Source of the DNA: Cyanophora paradoxa CCMP329
Taxonomy: Eukaryota > Plantae > Glaucophyta
DNA length: 64,000 nucleotides
Assembly: GCA_004431415.1 (NCBI GenBank)
Contig: QPMI01000190.1
Coordinates: 124,001-188,000 of the forward strand
Reading direction: 5' to 3'
Below the pieces are notes generated by a model. It saw only the letters and a program-made list of their open reading frames with translations. It was not told the origin of the DNA and ran no database searches. The translations under genes and the position numbers were made by a program. Positions 49,547-60,881 of the stretch are shown here, piece after piece (the stretch's first letter is position 1; every line of letters begins with the position of its first letter).

Positions 49547-50583
49547 GTGGCATGAGTTCGAACTGTGGGGGAGCAACGTTAACCGTGGCAACATTCACGC
49601 GCGCGCGTACGCGCGCGATCGCAAGCCCCGGCGCCGCCAAGCGGCGCCGGGCGCCGGCCGATCGCGAGGCGCCGCGGCGCGGCCCTTCAACACACAAACT
49701 TAGCTTGAAAGCACGCGCACACAAAGTACTGCCGCAGTGCGCGCGCTGCTCTCGACTCTGGACTCTGGAGTCTCGAGTCTACATCCTGAGACTCGCGATC
49801 GGCCGCGGATCATGATCAATAATCGGATGATTCGGATCTGCGGGCATGGCAGCATGCCATCCCAGCTATAGCTAGCAGCAGCATCGATATCCGCGCCGCG
49901 TCGACGTCGACGTCCGCCCCGGCCCGCCGGCGCCGGGCCGCGGCGGCGACCGGTGATCATGCATATGACCCTCGAGCTCGCAGAGTAAGGCCGCGCGCGC
50001 GCGCGGCGCGCGGCGCGCGCGCCGCGTCCGCCACCGTCGCCACGGCCCGCGCGCGGGCCGGGCCGCGGCGCGGCGGCCGCGGCGCTGCGCATGCGGCGGC
50101 CGGCGGGCGCCAGCCGGTGGGATTTCAGATTTGCGCATGCGGAACGCGTTAACGTTCATGCAGACTCGAAGTCCGTCGGACCTGACGTCGACCTATACGC
50201 CGTTGAGGCCACCAATCACGATCGCGAACGGGCGTAACGTAATCAACGCCGTACCCGGGCCGACAAGCAGGAGAGTCAGCTGCGTCAACTTGGCGAGCAG
50301 CTCGAGCTCCCGGCCCGCACTAGTACTGACGTCGCCGAGCGCTGAATGCAGCGGCTATAGCGCGCGCTCTCATGATGCATATGTCAGCGAGCTTGATCTG
50401 CTGCTGGCATACGTAATCCGGTCGTAAACGCCAATTGTGCGAGGACACGAACGCGACGAACGCGTACACGTAGGAAACGTAACGCCGAAGGTCCCGACGA
50501 TCCAGCCTGCGCTGAATCAGTGAGGAGGTGAGGTGAGGTGCGCGCCAACTGCAGCCTCAGAACCAGCGCCAGCAGGCAGGTCG

Positions 50584-52774
50584 ATGAGCTCCCTCTCCGG
50601 CGTGAGCATCATCGAGGGGCACTTCGTCCTGCCCCGCGAGCACGAGCATGCGCACCCGGCGGGCCCCGAGCAGCCGCCGGAGGCTGGCCCCGGGTCCCCC
50701 GCCACCGACGCCTCGGCCTCGGGGTCCCCTAAGAAGAGCGCGAGGGAGGTCCTGCATCTCCCTTTCGTGCGCCCCCGCGCGCCTGCCTCCGCATATGCAT
50801 GCCTCGAGCTTGCTGCCGGCCTGCCTGACCTGTCGGCGTCGGCAGGCGGGATTCATTCCCCTGATGAAGAAGAACGCCGCGGGGTCCGTCGCGCCGCCCT
50901 CCACCGTCCTCGTCTTCGTTCAGTGCGCCCGCCCGCGCGGCGCCCCCCCCTTTCCCCCTCCGCTACCGGTTACTGACACCCGACGCTGCCCGCCGGCCGG
51001 CCCAGCGGCCCCTTCGCGAATCGAATGGACTGCCGACACATCGCCCGCGCCCTCGCCGGGGATGGAATCCCGGTGCCCATGCGCGCCGCGCCGCTCCCCC
51101 CGAGGGAGCTGGCTGACGGGAGGCAGGTCTACTCGTTCGACCAGCGCTCGTGGGGGCGCGACTGGGAGGGGCCCAAGGGCCACGTCGAGGACGCCCGCGA
51201 CCTCGTCGAGGGTACCCTCCCCCCGGCTACTTCCCCCCGCCCCGCCTCAGCGGCCTCAGACGTGGCGGCGTTCGGGCGGTTCGTGATGGGGCGGCACGAG
51301 CGGGAGACGGGGCGGCCGCGGCTGGTGCTGGTCGGGCACTCCACGGGGGCGATCGTCGCCGCCGCCGCCGCCCTCGCCCACCCCACCCTCTTCGCCGCCC
51401 TCGCGTGCGCCCGCTCCCCGCCCCCCCGCTCCCCGCCCCCGAGGAGCTCCACTCTAGAGAGAGAAGTCGCAGCAGATGCAGCCGCGCCCCCCCGCCCCCC
51501 CCCCCCCCACCCCCCCGCCCCCCCCCCCCCCCCCCCCGCGCCCCCCCTGCGCCCCCGCCGCCGGCCTCGCCCGACGGGGCCGGCAGGCTCCTGTGCCCCT
51601 GCTTCGCGCCCTACGACTCCACCTCCGCCTTCCGCAAGTTCTTCTCCCCGTCCGTGTACCCCCGCCCACTCGCGCCCCCGCCCCGGTTCGACTCGGAGCG
51701 CTTTTCGCTCCGCAGCATGCTCGACAAAGTGATGCCGGTGCGGGCGGGGGCGGGCGGGGCGCCTTCTTGCAGCTCGCTGCGGCTGGGGTCTCACGGGCCG
51801 GGCGGGGCCGGGGCGGGGCGCAGACGTCGGGGCTCGGGGAGGCGGCCCCCGAGGTGGCCCTCCTCACCGCCGACCCCGCCGAGCAGGCTTTGTCCGCCCC
51901 GCCCCGCCCCGCCCCGCCCCGCCCCCCGACTCCAGTCGCCGGCATGAGTCATAAACAAAGCGGCTGTGCTGGCGCTGGCCACACAGCAAGCTGCTCTTAA
52001 AAGCTGCGGCTCTTGGAAGCCGAGCCGGCGCTCTCCGCCCCGCCCCGCCCCACTCTCTCTCGGAGTCTCTCTCTGTGACTGGGGCCCTCAGGGTGGAGAA
52101 GGAGCGGGAGGGGGGCGTGCGGGCGACGCGCGCCACCGTCCGCTGGCACCTCCAGATGGAGGCCCTCCAGGCGAGGCCCGGGCCCCCGCCCCCCCCCTCC
52201 CACGCCCCCGCACCGCACCCTCGCCCAAGCGATAGCCCGCCCGCCACGCTTCCCTTCCTCCCACGCTCACTCGCGAAAGGCTTGCTCTATCGATCTAGGC
52301 TTCCTCTCAGAGTGCCGCCGCAGCGCATGGGACGGCTTGCCATGGCGTGTGAGGCTGACGGGGGCGTGGCGGGGGCGGGGCAGGAGGGGGTGGCGGGGCG
52401 GGCCGGGGAGCTGCGGGCGCCCCTCTTCGCGGCCCTCGCGGGGGGCGACCGCCTCGTCGACAACGCCGCCGGTGCCCCGCCCCCCCGTCCCCTCCCGCCA
52501 CCTGCCCCCCGACTCGAGCCGCCCTCGCCCCCTCCACGCCTCCACCAGCCCAGCGCTTTGTCGCCGCCGCCGGTGCGCGGCGAGCGCCTCCGCTTCCTCC
52601 TCTTCTTCCTCTCGGTGACGGTGTGCAGGGGCGGGGGAGAAGGCGGCGAAGGTGTACCCGGGGGCGCTGCACGCGCTCCACTGCGAGCGCGAGGCGCTCC
52701 GCGCGGAGCTCGCCGCCGACCTCGCAGCCTTCTGCTCCCGCGCCGCCGCCGTCCCCGCCCCCGCCCCCGCCTAG
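50584..52774 (+). CDS. Alpha/beta hydrolase, monoacylglycerol lipase/lysophospholipase (Hydrolase_4)-like
   Basis: VYSFDQRSWGR..GPKGHV, LVLVGHSTG (nucleophile elbow), GGDRLVD, KVYPGALHALH. Confidence 0.88.
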
Positions 52775-53604
52775 CACCCCCCCTACACCCCCGCCGCCTT
52801 CAGCTTTTGAGCCGACGCCGCCCCGCCGCCGGCCCCGCCCTCCATTTTCCAGAGACCCCAAACCCTTTCCCTTAGGTCGCGCCTCATAATCTCAGTTCCC
52901 GGGTGCAGTCCTGAGTCGGACGGTCTAGAATTTGGCCCCTTCATCTTCCTCATACGATCATTGAATTGCGAATAGTAGCTGCCAGTTTGGCCCGGCCTGT
53001 GGGCCCGTGGGCACGCACTGCGCATGCGGGCCTGCGGCATGACCGTCGCGGCGTGAATTGGACTCCGAAGGTCCGTAAGGCCCTAAGGCGCCAGCATGTG
53101 CAGTACTAGTGTGGCAGTCGACCTCCACTGAAGCTGGGCCAGCTGGGACACTGTGCCAGTCGAATTCACACTGTTCGTTAGTGGCCGCGGGCTAGCGCTC
53201 ATGATCAGTGACGCTGAGACACATGGAGTTGGAGGCCTGCACTTGGCGGCGAGTCGAGCAGCCTCGAGCTCACGGTATCAAGGTACTACGGTACATGTGT
53301 AAGACCTAGCCCCCCGCGGCCCCCGCTGGAGAGGCCCGAGTCGCTGAGAGGGCCCGAGCTAGCCTCATGATCAAGGGCAAGCCGACAACTCGCGCAGTGC
53401 CTTTGCAACTAAAAGACCAACTCGACCTCGGAGAGATTGGCAAACGTCACACTCGCCGCGGCCGGCCGCGGGCTGCAGCAGCTGCACGCGTGACCTGCGT
53501 GCCACGGTGCGACCATGCGACTACCGCCAGGCCGAGCCGCATCGACTGGCAGAGCAAGCACGGGCTCCCGTGATTGTCAGACAAGCGGCTTCCTCTCCCT
53601 CGCA

Positions 53605-55061
53605 CTAGCGCCAGGCCGAACGATACTTCCTCCGCACGTACGTCCCCTGAAAAGGAGAGGGGGCACGTCAGGTCGGGGGTACAGGAAAAGTAGCCAGGCT
53701 CGAGGGGTACCTTGGGCTTCCGCGCCTCCTCCTCCTCCTTCAGCTGTAGGGCCGAGTAGTGAGAGTGAGACGCGAGGCAGAGGAGGGAAAGGAGGGGGAA
53801 GGGGGGGGGGGGGGGGGAAGGGGGAGGGGGGGGGAAAGGCGGGTTGGATCGTGGGCAGGCGGACCTCGTCGATGGACATGCCGACGAGCTCGATCGGCTG
53901 CCCGTCGGGGCCCTTGCTCCCGAAGACCCCGTTCACCGTCCGCCCCAGCGCGATCTCCGCCTGCGCCTCGCGCTCTTGAGAGGGAGGGGGCGGGGGCGGG
54001 GGCGAGGCGGGGGCGGGGCGGACGCGGAGGGCGATGGGGAGCTTGTTCTCGGGGTGCTCGCGGAAGCCGAAGCGCTCGTAGAGGGACATGCCGCGCCGCG
54101 TGCAGATCAGGAAGAGCTTCCACGGCCTCGCCTGCGCCTCCATCGCCCGCTGCGCCGCCCAGAGCAGCGCTCAAGCCTCGGGCAAGGGGTGTAGGGAGGC
54201 GGGCGGGGGGAGGGCGCCTGGACGAGGGCCTGGCCGACGCCGCGGCCGCGGAAGGCCGAGTTGACGACGACCGAGGAGAGCTCCTTGATCACCTCGAAGT
54301 AGACGAACCCGTTGCTGTCCTCCGCCTCCACGTCCGGCAGCTGCTTCACCTGCCCCCGCCACCCGCCCCGCCTCCCCCTCGCATCGAATTCATCGGGCCG
54401 GCGCGGCGCGGCGGCGGGGCGCGGCGGCGGGGCGGGGCGGCGGGGCGGCGGGCCGGGGCGCGGCACCTGCGCGCAGCCCAGGAACTCGCCGGTATCGTCG
54501 GAGATGGCGACGAAGAAGTTCTTGTAGTCGAGGAAGAGGGGGTTCAGGCGCTCCTTCTTGACCCACTTCTTAATCTCCTTCATGTCCTCCGGCTTCGCCT
54601 CCCGCACGCTGTAGCGCAGCTTCTGCGAGTACTTCTCCTTCGCCCTGCGCAGGTTCGCCCCGCGCTCGCTTAGGAGCGCACCAAGTCCCCGATGCGGCTC
54701 GCGCACGCTGTCCGCTTTGCGCTGTTCCGCTGCTCGGTCTCCTCGTCGTCCTCGGTATCATCGGCCTTTGAGCGGACGCTGAAGGGCTGCGGCGCCGGGC
54801 GCACGGCTCGTTAGGCCGCCCCGGACGGCGTTCGAGGGATCCCCGCACCAGTTGAACCAGCGGGGCGGCGCGGGCAACCCAGGTACGGCTCACGGATTCC
54901 CCGACGAACGAACTCGCTGCGACTGCTGCGGGACGCTGGCGGCGAGCACGCCGGCTGGATTCCGCGCTGCACGCCGGGGCGCACAGGTCGACTGCGTAGT
55001 TTGTGACGACCTGCGAGCGTGCGCCGGCGAGGAGGCCCGTCGAGGCGAAGGCGCACTGCAT
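53605..55061 (-). CDS. GNAT-family N-acetyltransferase with putative plastid transit peptide
   Basis: YSVREAKPEDM...LNPLFLDYKNFFVA...GCAQ...ELSSVVVNSAFRGRGVGQALV...LYERFGF; N-terminus MQCAFAS...SSFVG. Confidence 0.85.
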
Positions 55062-55166
55062 TTCGCAGATCAGATCTGTCGTACGGGTACAGGTCGAACT
55101 TTACGAAGTGCAAGCGGATCCGCTCGTCCCCTCGCTCGCTATAGCCTGTAACGATCAGCCACAACG

Positions 55167-56676
55167 ATGAGACCCGCTGGACGTGGGCGGGGGAAAAAGA
55201 AGCCAGATCCCAAGAAGGTTTCCTCCCCGCACGACCTCATGTATACGCACCTGCATGCCCTGATAGTGCTCAGGAATGGTTTGAATCGCCGAGCAGGGCA
55301 CTTCAGGTGCACTGTGCTAGAGCGCGTGGCCACGCTCTCGGTTGACTCCACTCGTCCCTCGCAGCCCGCCGGCGGCCCCTCTAGCATCGGAGGAATCCTG
55401 GCCTACGACTCGCACCCTACGAACTTAGTGCAGCCTGCAGCGCGCGGTCCCCAGCTGATCAAGCGTGGGGACGAGGCGGAGGACGACGACATTTTTGGCA
55501 AGAAGCACACGTCCACTCGCATCACTCAGCAGCCCGGCGGTTCCGGCTCGGCGATGTACGCGTTGATGTCTTCCGCGCCCGCGCAGTCGCTTCATCTGAC
55601 TTCGCCGCAGGGCCTCCCTGATCACTCAGGCCGGCGGCGGGCTGCCCCCGCGGGACCCTTCGGCCGGCGCAAAGGCAGGCAGGCGATCGCACGCAAGCCC
55701 GACCCTTGACGCGCCTCCGCCGGCGTACGGCGGATCGGCCAGCTCCGGGGCGAGCCGGGAGGGCTCGAGCGAGGGCGAGCGGCGCGGTGACTACCCTCAG
55801 CACAGCTTCGAGCACCGCGTGCGCTCCCGTGGCCCTCCCGCTCCAAAGCGTTTCGGCCGGCTCTCAGACGGGGCGACAGGCGCCGATCGCGGGGCGGCGA
55901 GCGGGGCGGGAGGTGAGCCCGTCTGGGAACTACGGCGCGGGCCTGGACCTCGGACGGGGCGGCGAGTGGCCGGACGCCCACGTACACGGCGAGACGGGGG
56001 CGTACATGACCGGTGCCCCCTCCCCTCGAGCGCCGCGCGCCGCGCCGCGCTCGCTCACGCCGGCCGGCGACGCAGCGCACCCGTCGCAGATCTCGGGGCC
56101 CATGGGGGGCCGCCAGAGCGACGAGGCCCCTCGGGAAATGGCACACGTGAAGGGTGCGAGGACGTTTCTCCCCAGCTCTGCACCCCGCCGCTGATGCGCG
56201 CGCGCTCTTTCAGTCTCGCAAGCCCCGGGTGGGGCGAGCTCGCTAAACCTGGGCTGGGGCGGAGGGGGCGGCGGCGGCGGCGGGGGCGGCAGCGGCCCGG
56301 GGGCGCGGGCGGCCGGCGGGCGGGCTTTCCAGAGGGACCACAACGCCGGCTCGATCGACCTCGGATGGCAGCCGCCCAAGCCGGACAGCCGCGGGCCCTC
56401 AATCCCCGGCCTCGGCTACACGTACTCCAAGGGCCCCGGCGCCGCCCCGGGCGCGGCCGGCTCCGGCGGCTGGCAGGGGGCCGGCGGGAGCCACCCAAGC
56501 GTCCGCGTCGGGGCTCCTCCCGGCGGCGCGAGCCAGCTGAGCCTCGGCTGGGGCTAGGCACCCTCCGCTCTCGCATTGCTCGATTCTCTCCGATGCTCTG
56601 TACAGAAACAACACCGACACATATCACCCGCTTGCAAGCCAGTGGAGCATCGAGAGGCCCGCCTGCGGGCCGCTAG
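55167..56676 (+). CDS. Hypothetical low-complexity protein with a SPIRAL1/Jupiter-like PGG motif
   Basis: Exon-like segments including DDIFGKKHTSTRITQQPGGSGS; boundaries uncertain. Confidence 0.35.
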
Positions 56677-56946
56677 CTATAGCATAGCGGGGAAACAGTC
56701 GAGCGCTGCATGCGCGCAGCTGGAGTGTCGCCAAGCTCAGCTGGAGTCGGGGTGCTCAGTGCTGAACGCCGCAGCCTGGCCTCTTCCCGCATCCAGTCGC
56801 TCTGGGGACCCGTGGGGAGGTCTCACCGTGGCACTGTAGGCAGATCAGGGCCTGGGAGACAGCCCGGCTCTCGCCTGATGCCTTCCGCTCGGCGATCGCC
56901 CCTGCCGCCGGCCAGCGCGGTGCCACGGCGGAGGGCGCGCTCATGA

Positions 56947-57711
56947 TCAGTGCCCTCCGAGGTTGAAGCCGCGCCCGTACTCGGTAAGCAGCTCCGTCCC
57001 CTTCGGAATCTTCCGCTTGAGCACGAAGAAGCCGAGCCGCGTCTCGCCTGCGAATGCGCACGCGCGGGGTCGGGTGTTATGCAGGGGAGCGCAGAGAGCC
57101 TCGGAGGCCTCGCCAAAGGTTCGCGTACCAGTTGCGGCGGTGTATGGCTTGTGGCGCACGTTCGGGGCCGCTGCGATGCCGTGGAAGTCGTTGACGAACC
57201 GCCCCTCGTTGCCCTCGAGCTCGCGCGACGCGTCGCACAGGAGGCCCGGTCCGTACGGCATCAGGTAATTAGAGCTCTCGTCCGCGTCGTCCCACCTGGC
57301 CGGTGGCTCATGATCAGCGACGCTCGGGCGCGCTTATAAATTAGCTAAGCTCGCGTGGGCGCGGATCCGGACCGCGTGACAACGCCCACGTAGTCGCAGA
57401 CGTGTTCGCCAGGATCGAGCGTCCTGGCGGCGAAGAGCCCGATCTGCCCGTGCGCTGGATGCCCAGGCGCGTCGATCCGCTTCGCTGCCACGCTGCTTGA
57501 AGACGAGTACGGCCGATCGGGTTTGCGGCTCGGCGCGTGCTTCGCCCGCTCCTCGGCGCTCACGCGGGAATCCCTGCGAACGTCGATCGTTGGTTCTTCC
57601 AGCGGCGCCGGGCGGCGCATGCGCATGCTTGGGCGAGATCGCGAATTCGAACCAAATGTACTCGACGATCCAGCGGACGCCGTCCGGCCAGTGCTTCGGC
57701 TTCCCGCTCAT
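56947..57711 (-). CDS. Small SET-domain protein
   Basis: GQIGLFAARTL..GEHVCDYVG, GNEGRFVNDFHG...PNV, IPKGTELLTEYG. Confidence 0.88.
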
Positions 57712-57924
57712 GCGGCACGCAGACGCGTGCAGAGTACGGAGCGAGGCTCCTTCCGGCCGCCTGGCTGATTATAATTAGCTAGCTGCTTAGCTATAGCCTG
57801 CTGCAGGCTATAGGCCCTACCCCCCCTAACCCCTGCCGGGCCTGCCCTGCCGCCCACCGTGCACGGCACGCGAGCGGGCACAAGTTCACAAAAAGCAAAG
57901 AGCACTGGAAGGGCGGCTTTGGGA

Positions 57925-60677
57925 TCAGTCGGGCTCGTCGAGGCGGGTGCGGAGGACGTCGGAGCGGGTGACGACGCCGACGAGCTTGCCCGAGGCGGTG
58001 CGCACGGGGAGCCGCCCCAGGCGCGGGTTCGTCGTCAGCATCTTCTCGATCTCGTGCAGCGACGTCTCCGGGTCGATCGTGATCGGCTGCCGGTTCATGA
58101 ACGCCTGCGCACGGCGGGCACGAGGGTCAGCGAGAGGCGCAAGCCTGAACGAAGGCGGGTGGAGGGGAGGGCGGGCCTTGATGGGGCGGGAGAGGAGGTT
58201 GTTGAGCTCGGCGGTCTGGACGTCGCGGGCGGTGAGGGTGCCCACGACCTCGCCCTCGTCGGAGAGGACGACGAGGCCCGTGCAGCCGTGCCACGCCATC
58301 AGCTCGTCCGCCTGCCGCCCCCGCAGCGCTCAGCCTCGGGGGGGAGGACAGCGCCCGAGCGCGCAGCGCAGCGCAGCGCAGCCCCGGCCAGCCGACAGGG
58401 CCCCTTCTAGCCCGGCCCGGCCCGGGGTTTGCGTCCAGCGTGGCGCACCTTGGCCATGGTGTCGCTGCTGAGGACGGTGTAGACGGGCTTGCTCATGATC
58501 TCCGAGGCGCGGGGCGGGCGCGCCACCGTCATCATCACCTCCGCCACCACCTCATTCAGCACCTGCAGCTCCCCCGTGAGAAGCAGGGCCGGTGCGAGGG
58601 CTGGGCGACGAGCGCGAGGGGCCTCTGGTGGGGCACCTGCTCGGGGTCGCTGCAGTCCTGGACGGAGGCGGCGGCGGCCTTGGGGTGGCCCCCGCCCCGC
58701 CACTTGCCGAGGCTCTTGGCGAGGTCGATGCCGTCGATGCGGGCGCGCGCGCGCCCGACGATGCTCAGCTGCTGGTCCTCCTCCGCGAAGGCCCCCAGCA
58801 GCACCGCGTCCGCCCCCGTCAGCTCCATCACCGTCGACGCGATCCGCGCCTGCCGGCCGCCCGCCCCCTCGCCCCCCGCGCCCTCCCCGGAGCGGGGGGG
58901 GGCGGGAGCGCCGCACCGCGCCGTGGACGAACTTGGGGATGCGGATGACGACGGAGAGGATGGTGTACCCGTACAGCGAGTCGGTGCGGCCCTTCTGGAG
59001 GGCCTGGTTGAGGAGCCCCTGGAGCTCGGGGCTCAGGCTCTGCTGCTGGAAGGTCGCGATCTCGCGCTGCGAGGCGCCCTGGCGGATGAGCCAGGCGAGG
59101 GCCAGCGCGTCGCGCTCGGTGGTCGTGTTGAAGGTGAGGTTGCCGGTGTCTGCGTGCACGCCCAGCGCCATCGCCGTCGCCTCGGGGATCGAGAGCCCGA
59201 TCGCGTCGTCGTCCATGCCCAGCAGCTTCGCCGTCTCCCGCAGGCGCTCCACGATGATGGTGGTCGAGGAGCCGACGGGCTCGACGACGAGCTCGTCGGC
59301 CGGCAGGTCGCACGTCGCCCCCATGTGGTGGTCGTACACCTCCACCTCGATCTGAGCACCAGCCAGGCCCCGCCCAGGCTCACGTCAGCGGCGGAAAGGG
59401 GCTTGCCGCGCCGCCGCCTCTAGCATCGCCCGAGAGCAGCGCCCTCCCGCCGAGAACACCTCTCTGGGGCGACGGGCAGGGCAGGGCGGGGGCAGCGCAC
59501 GTCTGGCAGGGTTAGCCACTTCTTCACCGCTCCGATGCGGTCCGAGTGCTGCGGGGTGGGGCGGGGCGGTCGGCACGCGGCGGGGGGCGGGCGCGCGGGG
59601 CCGGGCGGGGCCGGCCGGACCTGGCAGTCGACGACGCCGATCCACTTGATGCGCTCCGTCTTCACCGTCTTCCAGTCCGCCAGCGGGAACTCGTTCCGGT
59701 ACAGCGACAGGAACCCCTTGACGCTGCGCGGCGGCGCGCGTTAGACGCGGCGCCCGTTAGACGCGGCGCCCGCGGCGCCGGGACCGCCCTCGGGGGCCGC
59801 GCCGCAGCCGCGCACCTGTTGTCCTCGCCACCTGGAGGACGGAGGATGAGACGGTCAGCAGAGACGAGGGAGGAGGCGCGGCGCGGGGCAGCTCACCCGT
59901 GAAGACGATCCTGACCTGCTTGTTGCGCTTCGTCTTGGTGCCTGCGCGCCGCGCGGGGTCAGCGGCCAAAGCGCCGGCCGGAAAAGCGCCGCGGGGAGGG
60001 CGCGCGCGCGCGCCTAGGGCTTTCGGGCCGAGCATGAGGAGGGTGCGGAGGCGGGAGAGGCCGATGGCGGCGCCCAGGCTGTCGAAGTCCACGCGCTGGT
60101 GGCAGATGATGATGTCCGTCCCCCGGAACGTGTCGTCAGTCGGGGAGGGCATCCTGCGCAGGGAAACGTGGGCCGGCGGCCCTCGGGAGGCCCGCGGGCT
60201 CTCGAGGCAAGGCGCACGGCGTCGCGAGGTTCGGAGGCGGCGAGGTCTCCGAGGCAGCGGGGGCGGCAGCTTCGGGCGCTCCTGGCGGCGCCTCCGCGGA
60301 CGCTCCGTCTCCGCCGTCGGGCGCGCTCGCTTTGCAGCGGGGAACCGAGTGGGCGGCGGCCATGCGGGAGCAGTCCGGCAGGACGGGGCGGCGGCCGAGG
60401 AAGCTGCGCGGGCGTGAGTCGGACGATGGCGTCTCGCGAGCAGCCGTGAGCGCGCGGACGCGTGATGGCCGGACCTCGTCTTCTCCGCGAATATCTGATG
60501 CTTGGCGGCAAGCGGGTCGGCGTGGGCGCTGCCCGCCCTCCGGATCGGCCTCGGCCTGCGATCGAGCGCCGCAGTGGCTGCACAGGAAGACTGGCCGGCT
60601 GGCGGGCCGGGCCCAGGACGAGCGCCCCCGCGCAGGGGCACGGACGCGGGGCCTGTGAATGCTGCCCCTGTCTCCAT
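57925..60677 (-). CDS. DHH/DHHA1 phosphoesterase plus CBS pair, cyanobacterial-type, putative plastid-targeted
   Basis: CHQRVDFDSLGA, VVDCQ, VYDHH, VGSSTT, GVHADTG, GGGHPKAAAA; RASEIMSKPV...LVGVVTRSDVL; N-terminus METGAAFTG. Confidence 0.88.
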
Positions 60678-60881
60678 GACAATTACGCTCTTCTCAAGAC
60701 AAGGCCACGCGCTTCTCCCGCGGACACGCTTCTCTAAGGGGGTACGAGTGTCGCAAGTCGTGGCACCGCGTTTTCCAGCCGCCGCCGGGCGCGCAGCTTC
60801 GTTTTCCGGCCGCCTGAAGTTGGTTGAAGCTCGGGGGAGTCGTATCTCAACTTCGGCCGGTGGTGCGTCAGCACAGTTCGG

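Noticed and set aside
1-52774. Lipid-metabolism gene cluster (GPAT, GGPPS, LPEAT, lipase)
   Set aside because: Genes are tens of kb apart, separated by unrelated genes, and form no single pathway
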